The notes under the pieces were generated by a model. It was not told the DNA's origin and searched no databases. It saw only the letters and a list, made by a program, of their open reading frames with translations. This document shows positions 27,448 through 40,273 of a stretch of DNA of 64,000 nt, one piece after another (within the stretch, counting starts at the first letter, position 1; the number at the start of each line of letters is the position of its first letter). The DNA is taken from the NCBI GenBank assembly GCA_904063045.1, contig CAJFCJ010000004.1, positions 2,039,713-2,103,712 on the forward strand, written 5' to 3'. A program made the position numbers and the translations under genes. This stretch comes from Dimorphilus gyrociliatus (Eukaryota; Animalia; Annelida).

Positions 27448-28340
27448 TTAACATATTTTTTGAATAGCCTGCCGAATTTCTTTTGTAGATTTCATATCCA
27501 CTTTCTTATATATACTTTCCAGGTTTTCCAACAGATTATCGACTTTTTTTTCAGAGTTGATATCAATACTTTTTTCTTAAACCTTTCAAATTCCTTCGTA
27601 ATACGACTTTTGCAACTTGTTCAAATCTTATCTTCGTAAAATAATCGCAAATATACATTACATACTCTATTAATAGTCTTACTGATAGAGCAACTCTTTC
27701 TACATTTCGACAAAGAACTAGTAACATAATGGGCAATGGTAAAAAAATCTTTCAAAGAGGCTATCTGATTGCTTCCTGGACTAAAGCGATTCATTAGTAA
27801 AAATCCTTATTATTTGATAGGCTGATATCTTCCCAGAACTATTATATAATTTGTTACATTGTCAGCTATTTGTATTCTTTAGCGGATTATTCAAATATCA
27901 AAATATCTGAATAATTAACATTTTATATCATCTTCTGCCATCTTTTAGTAGAAAGAGATATTTGTGTCTCAGTAATTTTTATATTACGAACCGATTCATA
28001 ATCCATAATATATACTTAGTCAAACTCATCTATCTTTCATTTTTCTTCCTTAATGGGTGTTACTATCCTGCACATATTTTCACCTTCTTTTCCTTTTTCA
28101 TTATTTACTTTGACAAATAAAATCATCCAAAATTGTCCCTGGCTGTTCTAAAGAGTCTTTCAGGAGTTAAATTAAAATATCTATCTCTTTCTAAATGGCT
28201 AAAATAACTTTAACCTTGTTTTCTAATGCATTAAGGCATATGTTTTCTAAATATTCCTTACATAAAAATTCCCATCCATATGCCATTCTAGCAAAACCCT
28301 TAAAAGTTTTAGATTGTATCTGTCTTCATAAAAGGTCAAA
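27448..28340 (-). pseudogene. Possible heavily decayed coding relic, unidentified
   Basis: Short protein-like frames (e.g. DINSEKKVDNLLENLESIYKKVDMKSTKEIRQAIQKIC at 27564-27448) broken by many stops and frame changes. No family recognised. Confidence 0.25.
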
Positions 28341-28719
28341 GTGAACGTTCATGTATACATAATTATTATATATATACATACACTCTATGTATATAATAAA
28401 TCATTCAGTTTATATGACCAAATTGCAGGAACATTGTAAATTATTTACCGTGATATATTCCATACTAATAATATGTAATAAGAAAAATAGTTAAGCTATA
28501 AGAATACTTTTAAATCAAACGGATCAAAGGAAAAGACAATGTAATATTTGGAACTTACGTCCCTAAAGGTTAAAATAGGAATTAGTAGGCCTTGCATTAC
28601 CTTGTATAAATCGTTAAATACTCCTGTCGATAAGGCGCGTTCAACGCAAATAAAATACGAAGCGAACAAATGTGTACGGGGGATTATATTGTCCACACTT
28701 TTCATTATACGAAAAAAAA

Positions 28720-28910
28720 ATGCCCTGCTATGATCGTTTTGCAAGACTCGAACAAAAACATGTAAGACCGAGTGGGAGGACGCTGTCATGGAATTCTTGC
28801 CTTTTGCAATTATTACCCCGAAGGTTAAACTTCCTACATCAAAAATCCTATACACTATCTACATTTAATCTCTGTGCTAGAAGAAAAATCATGGGTAATT
28901 GTCAAATTTA
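28720..28910 (+). CDS. Variable first exon V1 (MPCYDRF...RRKIMGNCQI-Y)
   Basis: ATG 28720 (second in-frame ATG at 28891 in a good context), open to TA|GTAAGT in phase 2. Confidence 0.65.
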
Positions 28911-29652
28911 GTAAGTATTCATAATTTACTTAAACCAAGCAAAATATGACAATTTCAATAAGTTAAAAAGAGGGAGAGAGAGAGAGAAAGGGGGGAAAAT
29001 GACATTATTTTCAAGATTTTTGCTTAAAATACTTGTTCTAAATAGGATTAATAAATCGTGCTTTATACCTCTTTACTTGAATAATTAAGTTCATTGATTA
29101 ACCCAATTTTAATCGTTTCAACTAATAAAATTCTAATCGTGATTCTTACTAAGGAATCAGTTCGATTAATTTGCTATATAAGAGTAAACAAAAGGAAAAC
29201 TTGAAACTATTAAATACTCTAGTTAAAAGTTAAAATCATTGCATTCAGTATTAGAATCGGTTGAACTATAGCATTAGAATCTAAAGTGTACTCTAGTCGA
29301 ACTGAAGAGCTTTGGTTTTCTACGAATAATGTATTTAAAATAATATAGTAAATTGTTAAAATAGGATTAAATAAAGAATTATATATATATTATTTATAAA
29401 TATGTAATGTTTAAAGTTAACCTTTAAACAAGACTTGCGTGTAAAAATGGACTAGACGACTAGACGATATCAGCATTATTTTATGAATAGAATAGGAAAA
29501 ATGGAATTTTCTTTTGAAAATAATCTCATTAACAAATTCAACGACTACTGTTGAATATCAAGTATAATATATAATATCTAATAAATTAGATATATCATTG
29601 GAATTTCATATAATAAAATAAAAGTCATAAAATATATAGACTAATGAAATAG

Positions 29653-29665
29653 CCTGTAGATGGCA
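29653..29665 (+). promoter_or_regulatory. CTCF-like motif
   Basis: CCTGTAGATGGCA matches 12 of 13 positions of CCASYAGRKGGCR, about 110 bp upstream of V2. Confidence 0.4.
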
Positions 29666-29774
29666 TTCTAAATCGTTAGTTATAAATATTACATTTGGTT
29701 TTAAAAAAACTATGCAAAAGGATTAAGAACGAAGTATAATCCCTTACGATAAAGATTGTTTTTGAGTTATTTTA

Positions 29775-29950
29775 ATGTTCACCTCCAAAAACATGGCAAA
29801 TCAGTTCGCCTTACCACCGCTAATTAGACGTCAGAGAAGTAAAGCAAATGATGCACAGTCGAATTTTACCGAAATGTATAGAAGTTTCCTAAAGTATCGT
29901 AAGAGAAGATTCCAATCGATTTTCTCAGCTATATCGACTATGGATATTTA
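29775..29950 (+). CDS. Variable first exon V2 (MFTSKNMANQF...FLKYRKRRFQSIFSAISTMDI-Y)
   Basis: In-frame ATGs at 29775 and 29793, 58 open codons, TA|GTAAGT in phase 2. Confidence 0.7.
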
Positions 29951-30479
29951 GTAAGTTCCGTCTTGTGACTTTTTCCATTATATAGAAACTTAAAAAATTA
30001 ATTAAAAAAGTCATTTTCCTTTTATAATAATTCTAAAAGGAGAAAAGAATATTTCTTAAGAAATTTTCAACAATTTCTTAATTAGTTTTTATGTATGAAG
30101 GCAATTAATTCAACTTTTTAAATTCTTAATCACCATTCAATTTTATAGAAAAAGAGTGAAGGTATATTTTAACTTTAATTATTAAATAAGTTCTCCCTTT
30201 TTATTGGAGTTATCTTTATTTTATTAGGTAAAATAAAAGGACTTTTAATAATTTTTTCCTCTTTCTTTTTCTTTTCCTTCTTTTTCTCTAAGATAGATCA
30301 ATAGCGATCGTTTAAAAATAAATTCTTCTATTATAGTTAAGAACCTATTCAAAATGTATAAGGGTGGGGGTGAAGTGACGAGTGCCTGTGCTTGTGGAGC
30401 TCGAAGGGGGGCGGGGAAGTTGGGGGAGGTAGACTAGATGAGGTTAGTGGCCATAGAAAGACAGACAGATTGACGGAAA

Positions 30480-30502
30480 ATGGACAGAGAGATAATAAAA
30501 CA
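30480..30502 (+). CDS. Variable first exon V3 (MDREIIK-H)
   Basis: ATG 30480, CA|GTAAGT in phase 2, downstream of a G-rich promoter-like stretch at 30360-30430. Confidence 0.5.
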
Positions 30503-30561
30503 GTAAGTGATACTAAAAGTAAAAAAAAAGTACTTTTTTTACATAAGAAAACAAGAGAAGA

Positions 30562-30623
30562 ATGAATAACTTCCGACAGCTTACGAATACTTTGTCGTCT
30601 TATCAATTTACTCCTTTTAATAG
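30562..30623 (+). CDS. Variable first exon V4 (MNNFRQLTNTLSSYQFTPFN-S)
   Basis: ATG 30562, AG|GTAAAT in phase 2. Confidence 0.55.
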
Positions 30624-32032
30624 GTAAATGAATTCAAGTATTTGAACTAGTTTATTTTTTATATATAATCATACTTAAACTTTTATTAAGTTTTAATATA
30701 AAAAGGTTTAGGGACCTTTAACCTCTTATATTTTCTATACTGCTCCCGAAATAAGTGCAACGAAGTTGGAATATAATGAACATATACAAGTAAATGCTTA
30801 GTATTATTTTTTAATAATTAGCAGTTGAATCTGGCTTAAGTAAAATTATATTATTGCATATAATTCAAATCTTCATTGAATGGGATATTTTTAATAGTCT
30901 CTTATTTATTGATTTTGATATTTTAAATAAAAAATTAATATTGATAATTTTATAGATTGTAATTAATTCTAAAAATTAAATACAATAAAACAATAAAGAA
31001 ATTTTGTTAATTGAGGTAAAAATTAAAGTAGAAATTATTGGAAAAATATAGAGGACAAAAGGTCAAGAAATATTGTTAAAACTAGTTAAAATTTATAACT
31101 TTTTATTTGTACTTAATCTAATAAATAACTTGTAAAACATAAAATAAATTATTATTTTTAACGTTCATTCAATAAGTCATATATTAGTATATGTAATTGT
31201 CTATAATAAGACGTTTATGGTATATTTATATAAGCATGTACAAGAGAGAAGTTTACACTATAAATATATATTTGGATACTTTTATTACAGTAGGTACTTG
31301 TAAACACGGAATTAAACTTAAAATAATAATAACTATATTAAATTTATTAATTATTCACTAATTAACGATTCACTAATTACAAAAAAATAACTAAACATTT
31401 CCTTCCTTTTATAAAATATGCGTAATATGATTATACGGAATATACTATATATACTAATATACAGTATATACAATATATTTGTTTATTTTATATAGACTAT
31501 TATAAACATAATGAGTCGATTCAAGATTGATTATCTTTATATATACATTATAATTTCTTACTGCTAAAATAGAATATATAAGAAAGCACTATTTTAATGA
31601 TAATAATAACAATGATAAAGGTTTCTTTTCCATGCTCAAAAGCTGGTATTGAACAATACAAAATTTATTATTTCAAGGTTAAAATATCGGATACGAGTTC
31701 AGAATACGTAACTAATCAAAACAAAAAGAGAAAAAAAGACTACATTTTTTTTACATAGTTGCTTAAGAAAATCAATTATTTTTTATATGCAACTTATAAA
31801 TATTCTTAGCTAATTTCAACAATAAACTTTAAACATTCCTTACTGTTACATAATTCAATTCTCTTGAAAAAGCTCTAGCCAATGAGCAAACGAACGGAAT
31901 GGTTACTATACCTAATTGATTGAATGTGATGCACTATCGCGCATTAGTTATTGCACAGTGCAGCTAGTCGTCAAAGTTCGATTTTCGTTTTCAAGCGTTT
32001 TTTTGAATTTGCCACCAAATCGAATTTTATGA

Positions 32033-32130
32033 ATGAAAAAACAGAATTCAAAATTCGTTTCAATCAGTTCACTTTGTCAAAAATTTCAAAAATATCGAAA
32101 AGAATCGACAACGATGATATTCGGACTTTT
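32033..32130 (+). CDS. Variable first exon V5 (MKKQ...QKFQKYRKESTTMIFGL-F)
   Basis: In-frame ATGs at 32033 and 32113, TT|GTAAGT in phase 2, CpG-rich promoter-like DNA upstream. An out-of-frame ATG at 32029 would give phase 0. Confidence 0.55.
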
Positions 32131-33108
32131 GTAAGTTTATTTAATTTACATTATATTTGTTTATAAACAATAAGAAAATTAGAGAAAATTGAATTAATTT
32201 GCTTCTGATATAAAGAAACTCTTTTAAGATGTTTGAGAAAAAAAATTGATTTACGAGTAGGTGTATAGCTGTTGATTTTAACTTAATTAGTAATTGGCTA
32301 TGTAATTTGATCAACAAAGAGAAAGTGCGAAAGCGCGATAACTTCATTAATAAATTCTTAAATATCGATCATATTTTATTGGATTTAACTTTTAGCTTGG
32401 AACTGTGACATGTTTTTTTCTTATAAAGTTATTCGACGATTATGGTAATTTGTAGTTTTTTTTATCAATCTCATTGAAATTCATTATTGATTGTCAAAAT
32501 AAAAACGGTATTAGTTTTTCATAATCTACTTCCTAACCTTTTTTTAAACATATCTTCTTGTTTTTATTCCCTTTTTAGATTTTCTATTATTATATTATTC
32601 TCTTTTGTTATCCTATAAAAATCTGTCTTCGTACTCTGAACTTGCTTTTAAAACTTTGAACAGCGAAATAATCAGGGAATTAATGGCTTATATATAATAA
32701 TTGTTAAAGGAATTAGCTAAAATTTCTATTTTTAAACGTAAAATGTTTTTAAAAGTGTTAGAAAGTGGTTAATGACATTAACCTAGGGTAAACGAAATTT
32801 GTATACGATAATTATTTATCAAGGGAACGGTACAGCTCCCTTTTCAAGATATCATTTAGCATTCAGTTTCCTATACTATTACTTTAACATTTATATTAAT
32901 AATAATAATTAGTAATTAGAAAGTTTTTAAAAATAGATTATAGTTTTGCTATAGCTCAGTAAAATTGACAGTTTCTAAGATAAAGGAATTGGAGACTTTT
33001 AGTTATTCATTGCGGGCTGACATTCACTCCGAAAAAAAATATATTTTTAATTTGATTTAAAGCAGACGACAATAATTAAAATGATACGACATTGATATTT
33101 TTGTCGCA

Positions 33109-35077
33109 CTATTGTGTGACCGAAGCAGCCAACGGAACCATACCAGCTGCTTGGGTGGCAACTGATTCTTGCTCCTTCCTAGCCGGTTGAACCTGCTTGA
33201 CAGTAGTTAAAGAATCGACTGGGACTGGAGGAGGACTTCTCGGTTGATCCTGATAATCGGAGAATGATGTTAACGTTGTATCGAGATCAGGGGGAGGCGG
33301 CTCCTGCCTTGGTACCACTATCGTAGGCACTAATAGCGCTACCGTTAACGTTAAACCTCCAATGCAAAACAAGATCAATCCGACTAATTTGCAAACATCA
33401 AGATTCATATTGAAATTGATGGCTTGATTATCTAGTATGTCATAATCATCTTCAGTTTCGGCTACTATAACGGTTTTTTGGGGAACTAAATAGCCAACTA
33501 GAACTCCAACAATGCCAAAGATTAATAGGTTTGCGCCAATCCAAACGAAAACTTTCCACCATATAGAACTTATACACCGACGCCTTCGTGTTGCATTTTC
33601 TTTCAAAAGAAGTCTAAAAAGCGAGTAAGAGAAATATAAATTGAACAAATGCAACTAAATTGTATACAGCATAGAGTAAGAAGACTGTAAATGGGGAGGA
33701 TATACTTGTATATATATATATACTTTATATATATAAACAGTATAAATAATACTATGCCTTTATTATTCTATAATAATGAACATCTCGAAAAAAATCATTT
33801 GTACTTTACAATGTCAAATCTGTTATAAAGCCTATTAACTAATTGATTATAAAGATATTTCTCAAAACTATAAAAATAGAAAAAATATCCTAACAACTTG
33901 ACAACAGTCTTTTTGGTTATTGATCAGCTTGTTCGTATTGTTAGACAGTTTAGATTTGTTCAAAAAGAAATCTTTAATGATTATACTATTACATCGATGT
34001 TCTTTTTATGCATTATATGTATTTATCAAAATGATAAAATTAAGCGTTGGTAAGAATAGATAGTACGTCGTCTACCTAGTATTACAATTGACAATAGTGC
34101 TTAGTTTGTAATAAACATAAAGTAGGGTTGTTTGAAAAATTTTAATAATGTAAGTTGTAATTTAGGTATTACAATTAAAATAGAGGGAGGTGGGAGGAGG
34201 ATAAATCATTCAGTTAGATTGTATAAATATTAATTGTTTCGTTTAATTAATTATTGAGATATTAATGAATGTTGTCATTTTCATTAAATTGACTTTTAAA
34301 AAATCATTTCTCGGCATTTAATATAAACTTTAGGCAGTATATATACTGTATATACACCTATATGTTTATGTACTTTCTCTCTTGTGCTATTTATATACTT
34401 GTTTAATGCTTTTGTCCAACGGAAATTACATAGAAAAGAAAAAATACTAAAAAGTCTGGACGATAAATGCAATGATAAAAGAAGGCTAAAGAGACCACAT
34501 GTTGAGGGGAAAATCACAGTTCTAATTGTATAATATTTAATCATAGTAAGCATCAGCTATCTGATTGAGAGAGGATTAATTAAACTAGGACTAAATTTAC
34601 CTGTTAATAAAAAAATATATATACTGTATATAATATTTATACTGCATATATAGATATATTGTAAATCCTACTTCAGTTACAACTTGTAAACTTTCTTAAA
34701 AATGCTATATTTATTATGAATTTGTGGCTAAATCTTACTTTAAATCATCATCTTCGTAAACATCTGGATCTTTATATGTGTGAATAGTATCGTAGAAGTG
34801 GTGTAAATAACTTTTAACTCCAAAGAAATCGTTCGAGTTCTCCTCTGTTACTTTTTCTAATTTAGGATCCTTTTTTACTTTTCTCCATTTGCCGAAACTT
34901 CGTCCTCGTCCTATCGTTTTAAAAATAGTTAGGTAACAAATCGTTATTAATCAAACATAGGGGGTATGTTTTTTACTCTTATTCGATAGCAGGCTGAGAA
35001 TAATAGGTGAAATATGTTTGACAATACGAACCTGAACCATTATCGCCAGGAGTTTTAGATTTATCCTCCTCCGTCAT
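33109..35077 (-). CDS. NRSN: Neurensin, two-TM vesicular membrane protein, about 240 aa, three coding exons
   Basis: Exons (minus) 35077-35032, 34910-34739 and 33613-33109 join in phase (1, 2) at GT-AG sites. Hallmarks FGVKSYLHHFY, WWKVFVWIG..GYLVP and FNMNLDVCKLVGLILFCIGG. Candidate 5' UTR exon donors lie at 35324 and 35362. Confidence 0.9.
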
Positions 35078-35645
35078 TACTGGACTGAATCGATCATTAT
35101 ATTTGCTCCCTTTCAATTCATGGTCTATGAGCGGGTAAAATAAACAAATAAATTACAAATCAATGGAAAATTCGTTATGTATTCAAATAGGACCAAATTT
35201 TTATAGAAAAATAAGATTTTTTTGATTAAAGTATAGGAAATTAATTAAGGATTAATTTATTATTTTAATTTTTTGATAAAGATGTGTTAATATAAGTATA
35301 AGTTAAATTATAAAAAATACTTACATCCGTCCCTAACGCCACCAGGGGCGCTGTGAACTCACTCCTACATCTTTCTGAATAAATTAGTCGCCAGGGTGAT
35401 CGATTTATTGACGTCTCTACGTGTTTCTTGTTTGGGAAATAGTTTGACTAATATTGAAAAAAATTAGCCTAACTTTATCAATAAGCCTATTCTGTTAAAA
35501 ACAAATTTAATTTAATTTAAATTCTTTAATAAAAAAGCGCCATCTTATGTCTAAAATTGTCCTTTATAATCTTTTTGTATGGGAAATGGATTACTATAAT
35601 CTTTACTTTTCAATGGAAGGGCAAATTAATTTTAAGTTTTCAAGA

Positions 35646-35770
35646 ATGTCCTTAAGAAAGAGTCATAGCCAACTTGGCTCTTTTAAATTGGATGATTGGT
35701 TCTCCCCCGAAAATTATGAAACGTTTAATGCTTATAGGACCAGGCAGAGGTCGTTTTTTTCTCTTAGAAG
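35646..35770 (+). CDS. Variable first exon V6 (MSLRKSHSQLGSF...FNAYRTRQRSFFSLR-S)
   Basis: ATG 35646 (further in-frame ATGs back to 35547), AG|GTATGA in phase 2. Confidence 0.65.
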
Positions 35771-35979
35771 GTATGAAGTTTTATATCAGCTACTGCCATC
35801 TATAATTGCGGTATAAATATAGTAATTACAGCTAATTTCCAATAGAACTCTACTATTAATAGACTCTTTTGTGAAATGTACAATCACTTGGGCTACAAGC
35901 CAATTCATTTGCGGATAATCCCCTAGCGATAATCCAACCCTTTATAGGGTGGCACTACACTAACATATTGTAGAATGGC

Positions 35980-36086
35980 ATGGAGCCTTTGAGTGTAATA
36001 AAACAAACTTGTTTGAAATCGTCATTTAAGGCAGCACGATCAAGAAATTTGACCGTTATCGGATTAAAATTTCCTAATACAAACGA
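35980..36086 (+). CDS. Variable first exon V7 (MEPLSVIKQTCLKSSF...KFPNTN-D)
   Basis: ATG 35980, 35 open codons, GA|GTATAA in phase 2 (weaker donor). Confidence 0.5.
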
Positions 36087-37476
36087 GTATAATTTTTATT
36101 ATTAGCTTTAGTTTTAAAAATATCGTTTTAAATATGAGGTTTTTTAATGAAATTACTTTATATTCTATATCTATACGTATGACTATAAACTATAAAGAAC
36201 TGTAAAAAGCTTTATATATAATATAACTTAAACAGCATAGAAGGTAATGTCCTTCATATCTAGATTATTAAGACATTAGTACAATCTTATGCTTTTCCAA
36301 GAAACTTAAGGTAACTTTAATACATAATAACTTTTTGTTCATTTTTTAAATATAATAAATATAGGGTGAGAAAACTGAAATATAAACTTACTTGAATAGG
36401 ATTGAATACGTGGCCATGTGTGCTTTGTTTATCAATGTACTTTTAAAAATAATTTAATTATTGAAAAGGAGACAGAGAGAGAGAGAGAGAGAGAGAAGAA
36501 GAAGAAAGAAATGATTATTCTTTTAAAATTTGGTCGGTTAACATTTTTCTTTATCATAATTGTTTTATGTTCATATAGGTCTTCATATACATTCATAATT
36601 TAAGCCAACAGTTTTATTTATCTCTTTAGGATTGTATAATGCCATATACATATATATTTTATCAATCATTTCTAATAATAATATTTATTATAATCAAATA
36701 AATCAACTTTTAGAAATCAATATATTATTTTTAATTGTTGCTTAAATCTCCTTTATTATCTTTTATTTTGTTCTTGATCTTATTCAAATTAAAAATTTTT
36801 GCCCCTTCACTCTTTGATCTTCTCCCCACTTTACTCACTGTTTTAAAATATTCTCATTAATTAAACAAATTATTTAAACATGTACGCCATCTGTAGGGTA
36901 TCTTTGGCATGGACATAGAAAAAGAGAAAGAGAGAGAGAGAGAGAGAGAAATATACAGAAATTAAAAAGTTTTACTAAATTTATATAGGATTTTCCAAGT
37001 GAAGAAGCAACAAAAATAGCTCAAATAGCATAACTAATTATCGCGTATTACATGATAATGACAATAATATCGGGCCAGATCATTATCTTGGTTTTTAAAA
37101 AAAATGCATTGAATACTGAAATAAGAGTAGAACACTATATTTAGAAAAACGAATAATTATTAACAGATTTTTCTCATTTGGTATAAGGCCTATAGTAAAA
37201 ATATTGGAAAATGTATGAAACTTCTTATAGAAGAAACCGTGTTAAAACATTAAAAAGGCATTATCGGGAATATTTAACAATAGTATACTATTAATTATTC
37301 ATCTTAACCTCGATTAGCAATGTTAGGTGATCTTAAAATCTTCTTTTTGGTTTTGCTTCCTAATATTGAACGCAGCAATACTTGTTTTGTTTCGAATTGT
37401 CTCTTCTTACAAAGCCTTTAGAATTGAATATTTACCTGATCAATTCTCGCCTTGGCATTCGTTCATTGCGTTTCGA

Positions 37477-37607
37477 ATGGTGCTTATCAGTGCTGATAAA
37501 AGAATGGAGTTAGGAAAACCTAAGACGATATTTCAAACAAAAATATCCGTACCCTCTTGTCCTTGGATGTTTCCTGTCAGGGTTTCAGCAGTAAAGTTCT
37601 ACAGAGT
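37477..37607 (+). CDS. Variable first exon V8 (MVLISADK...SCPWMFPVRVSAVKFYR-V)
   Basis: ATG 37477, GT|GTGAGT in phase 2; paralogous to V10. Confidence 0.75.
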
Positions 37608-39774
37608 GTGAGTTTTTGTTTACTAAGTAATTTATAGAAACATTGGAATATTTATTGATAAAGTATATATTGTTATTTACATATGTTAGAAAGAGTAATA
37701 AATTAATGAGGTTGAAAGAAGCATGTATAGATCACATACAGTCTATTAGAGTGTAGTGACCTTCTTTTAAAAGTAATTTCCAAGTAGACAATTTTCCAGG
37801 AAGCTTCCTTTAACTCTTATCTTTCTGGAAAGGATAAAAAATTTATAATAATCTTTATTAAAATAAATTTTCTCATCCATTAAAACTTCAGCAATTAGCA
37901 AAAAAAACTTGCTTTAATTCTTCCTTATCACATAAAACTTAAAATGGATATTTGTAGTATATATAGAGGAATTTAGAATAACATAATACATATAGATTGT
38001 GAAAAAACTATTGCTAAAGTCACGATTACTTTGTCTAACTCTTGCATTCTTATTCTTAGTTGAAAAGCAATGTTAAATTTACCTTCTGCCCTTCTTCTAT
38101 AAAAATGAATATATATATATATATATCAAATAAATCTCAATTATAAAAAATTATTATTTTCCATATTTATTTTACTATTATTAATCCTTTATTTCATTTC
38201 TCAACTCTTATCCTTCCCACCGTGTTAAGGAGAAATTAATAACACAACATATATCTTGTATTGTTCTCTACCTTCAATTCTTATTTGAAGATAAATAATA
38301 CTATAATAAATTTGCTGTTAGTATAGTTAATTAAAGTTTAAGTAAGATATTGTAAAGAGTTTATATTTACTTAGATATTTGACTTTTTTCTCTTGTTTCA
38401 CCTTAAAACTATCTTTATTGAATATGAAGGAAATAATAATAAAAACTAAATCAATTGAAACCCAACGTGACTGATTGGGTTTGCTATGATTTTATTTATT
38501 TCGTGATTAGATTAGTATTGTAAAAGAAAACTTGGTATTTAAGATATTACTTAACAATTCGCTTAACTGACTCGTCTTTCTTTTCATTTTTCTTTTTTGA
38601 AAGTTTATACGGCTTGAAAGGAAAAAATAGAAAGAAAATAACCTTTAAAAGTTTATTGTTATGAATGAATTGGATCAGTTTACTTTGTTGTTTTTTCTTT
38701 TCTCTCACTCCCAACACCGTATATTATTTCTCTAATCTTTATGCCTTCTTTTCTCTTTCGAGTGCCACTACAATAATCTCTTAAATAAGGTAGTTACATA
38801 GAAAAAAAAGTGAAATATTCAATACGAAAATAACTTTTACAAACATTTCAACTTGAAATTTATATTATTTACTTTTTTTCTATAATAAACAATTTTTTTT
38901 GTCGATAGTATTATTAACTGTATTAACTGCATTTACTGTATTTAACATTAAGCTACTTGTTTTTCATTGGTTACTAAGTTTGAATAAAAACTCTTTAAGT
39001 AAAGAAAAGGTATTAATATCCGTTAATTAACTGGTAGTCTTTTAACCGTTTTAATTGTCCGATAAATCGATCAACCTTTTTGACTCGCTATTAGAAAAAG
39101 AAAGATAAAGGTCATAAATCAACAAGTCAATATAAAGCGATTGTAATTGTAAAATGCTATAGATTGTGCCGCCATCTTTCGGGTTTATCTTATATACACA
39201 ATATATATTATATATAATTTTTTCGTTTTCGTGTTTACCAATTAAGACAAATTGGCCATTCTTTAATAATTTAAGATTCTTATGAGCAAAATTGGCTATT
39301 TTCTATTAATTATTTCTATTCTTTTTAATGATCATCGATTAACGTGTTATTGTACCTAAAACTTTTGTTGATGATGAACAAAAACAGAACAATTAACCAA
39401 CCATATAATGTTCAAAATCTCCAATAAAACAATAGTAATCCTTGTTTAAGAATGTTCAACTGGTATCTATTGTTTTTAAGGTTTTCATTAATAATCAAAT
39501 AATTGTTTACACGTTCTAAATATTTATATACCGAAGATAACGCGATTGTATATAAAAAAATATATTCCTTATCGTGAGAATTAAACTTTTATCCGATGGT
39601 TTAATCCTTGACTGAAAGGTTTCTTTATAGAGTAGAGTTCGATAAGAATCGATTTTAATGATTTAATGGTCGTTTTATTGTCTAAGCTATCAATACATTT
39701 TTAATTGAATTCATTATAGTTTTGCGAATATCTTTCTACGTTTGTCAGCTTTCCTCACGCTATTCTTGAGCAAT

Positions 39775-39866
39775 ATGAAATTCTGTTATAAAAGTTTTCA
39801 CTATAAGAATTTAGAGGCTAAAAATGAAAGAAAGCCTGGAATATTTTTAAAGCCAATTAGTAATAA
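39775..39866 (+). CDS. Variable first exon V9 (MKFCYKSFHYKNLEAKNERKPGIFLKPISN-N)
   Basis: ATG 39775, AA|GTAAGT in phase 2. Confidence 0.65.
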
Positions 39867-40273
39867 GTAAGTTTATTTTGCTCTTTCTTTTTATTATTAT
39901 TCCTTTTACCAGCAGCTATCTTGTAGAATATCTGTTGATTAAGCTTAATATTCTTTAAAACATGCACAAATATATATATACATATATATCTATATAGATA
40001 TCTTTATATATATATATATAAATTTATATACTATATATATTTCTATTGTTAATTTATATTTGATTGATCTTTTTTCCATTGTCACGTCTGCAATCAGATT
40101 TTAGGTAACATGTTTCATCATTTGTCAAGTTATTTTTTTTTCGATTGAAACAAATCAAACCTGACTTTGCTTAGTCATTTTTTTTTCAAGTTTAGATTTT
40201 ATATTTCAACTCTCCGATAAAGATAAATTCACTATTATTATCAAACATTTTAATAATAATATCAAATAGCAAT

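Noticed and set aside
28496-28855. 119-aa minus-strand ORF
   Set aside because: No ATG start or recognisable motif, and it overlaps plus-strand V1, which has an ATG and a consensus donor. Treated as an antisense shadow, though not excluded.
30362-30430. Possible G-quadruplex
   Set aside because: Only three closely spaced G-runs; a canonical four-run motif is not met.
34141-34155. GTAAGT at 34150 within the array
   Set aside because: In-frame TGA and no ATG upstream in phase 2; the one hexamer that does not fit.
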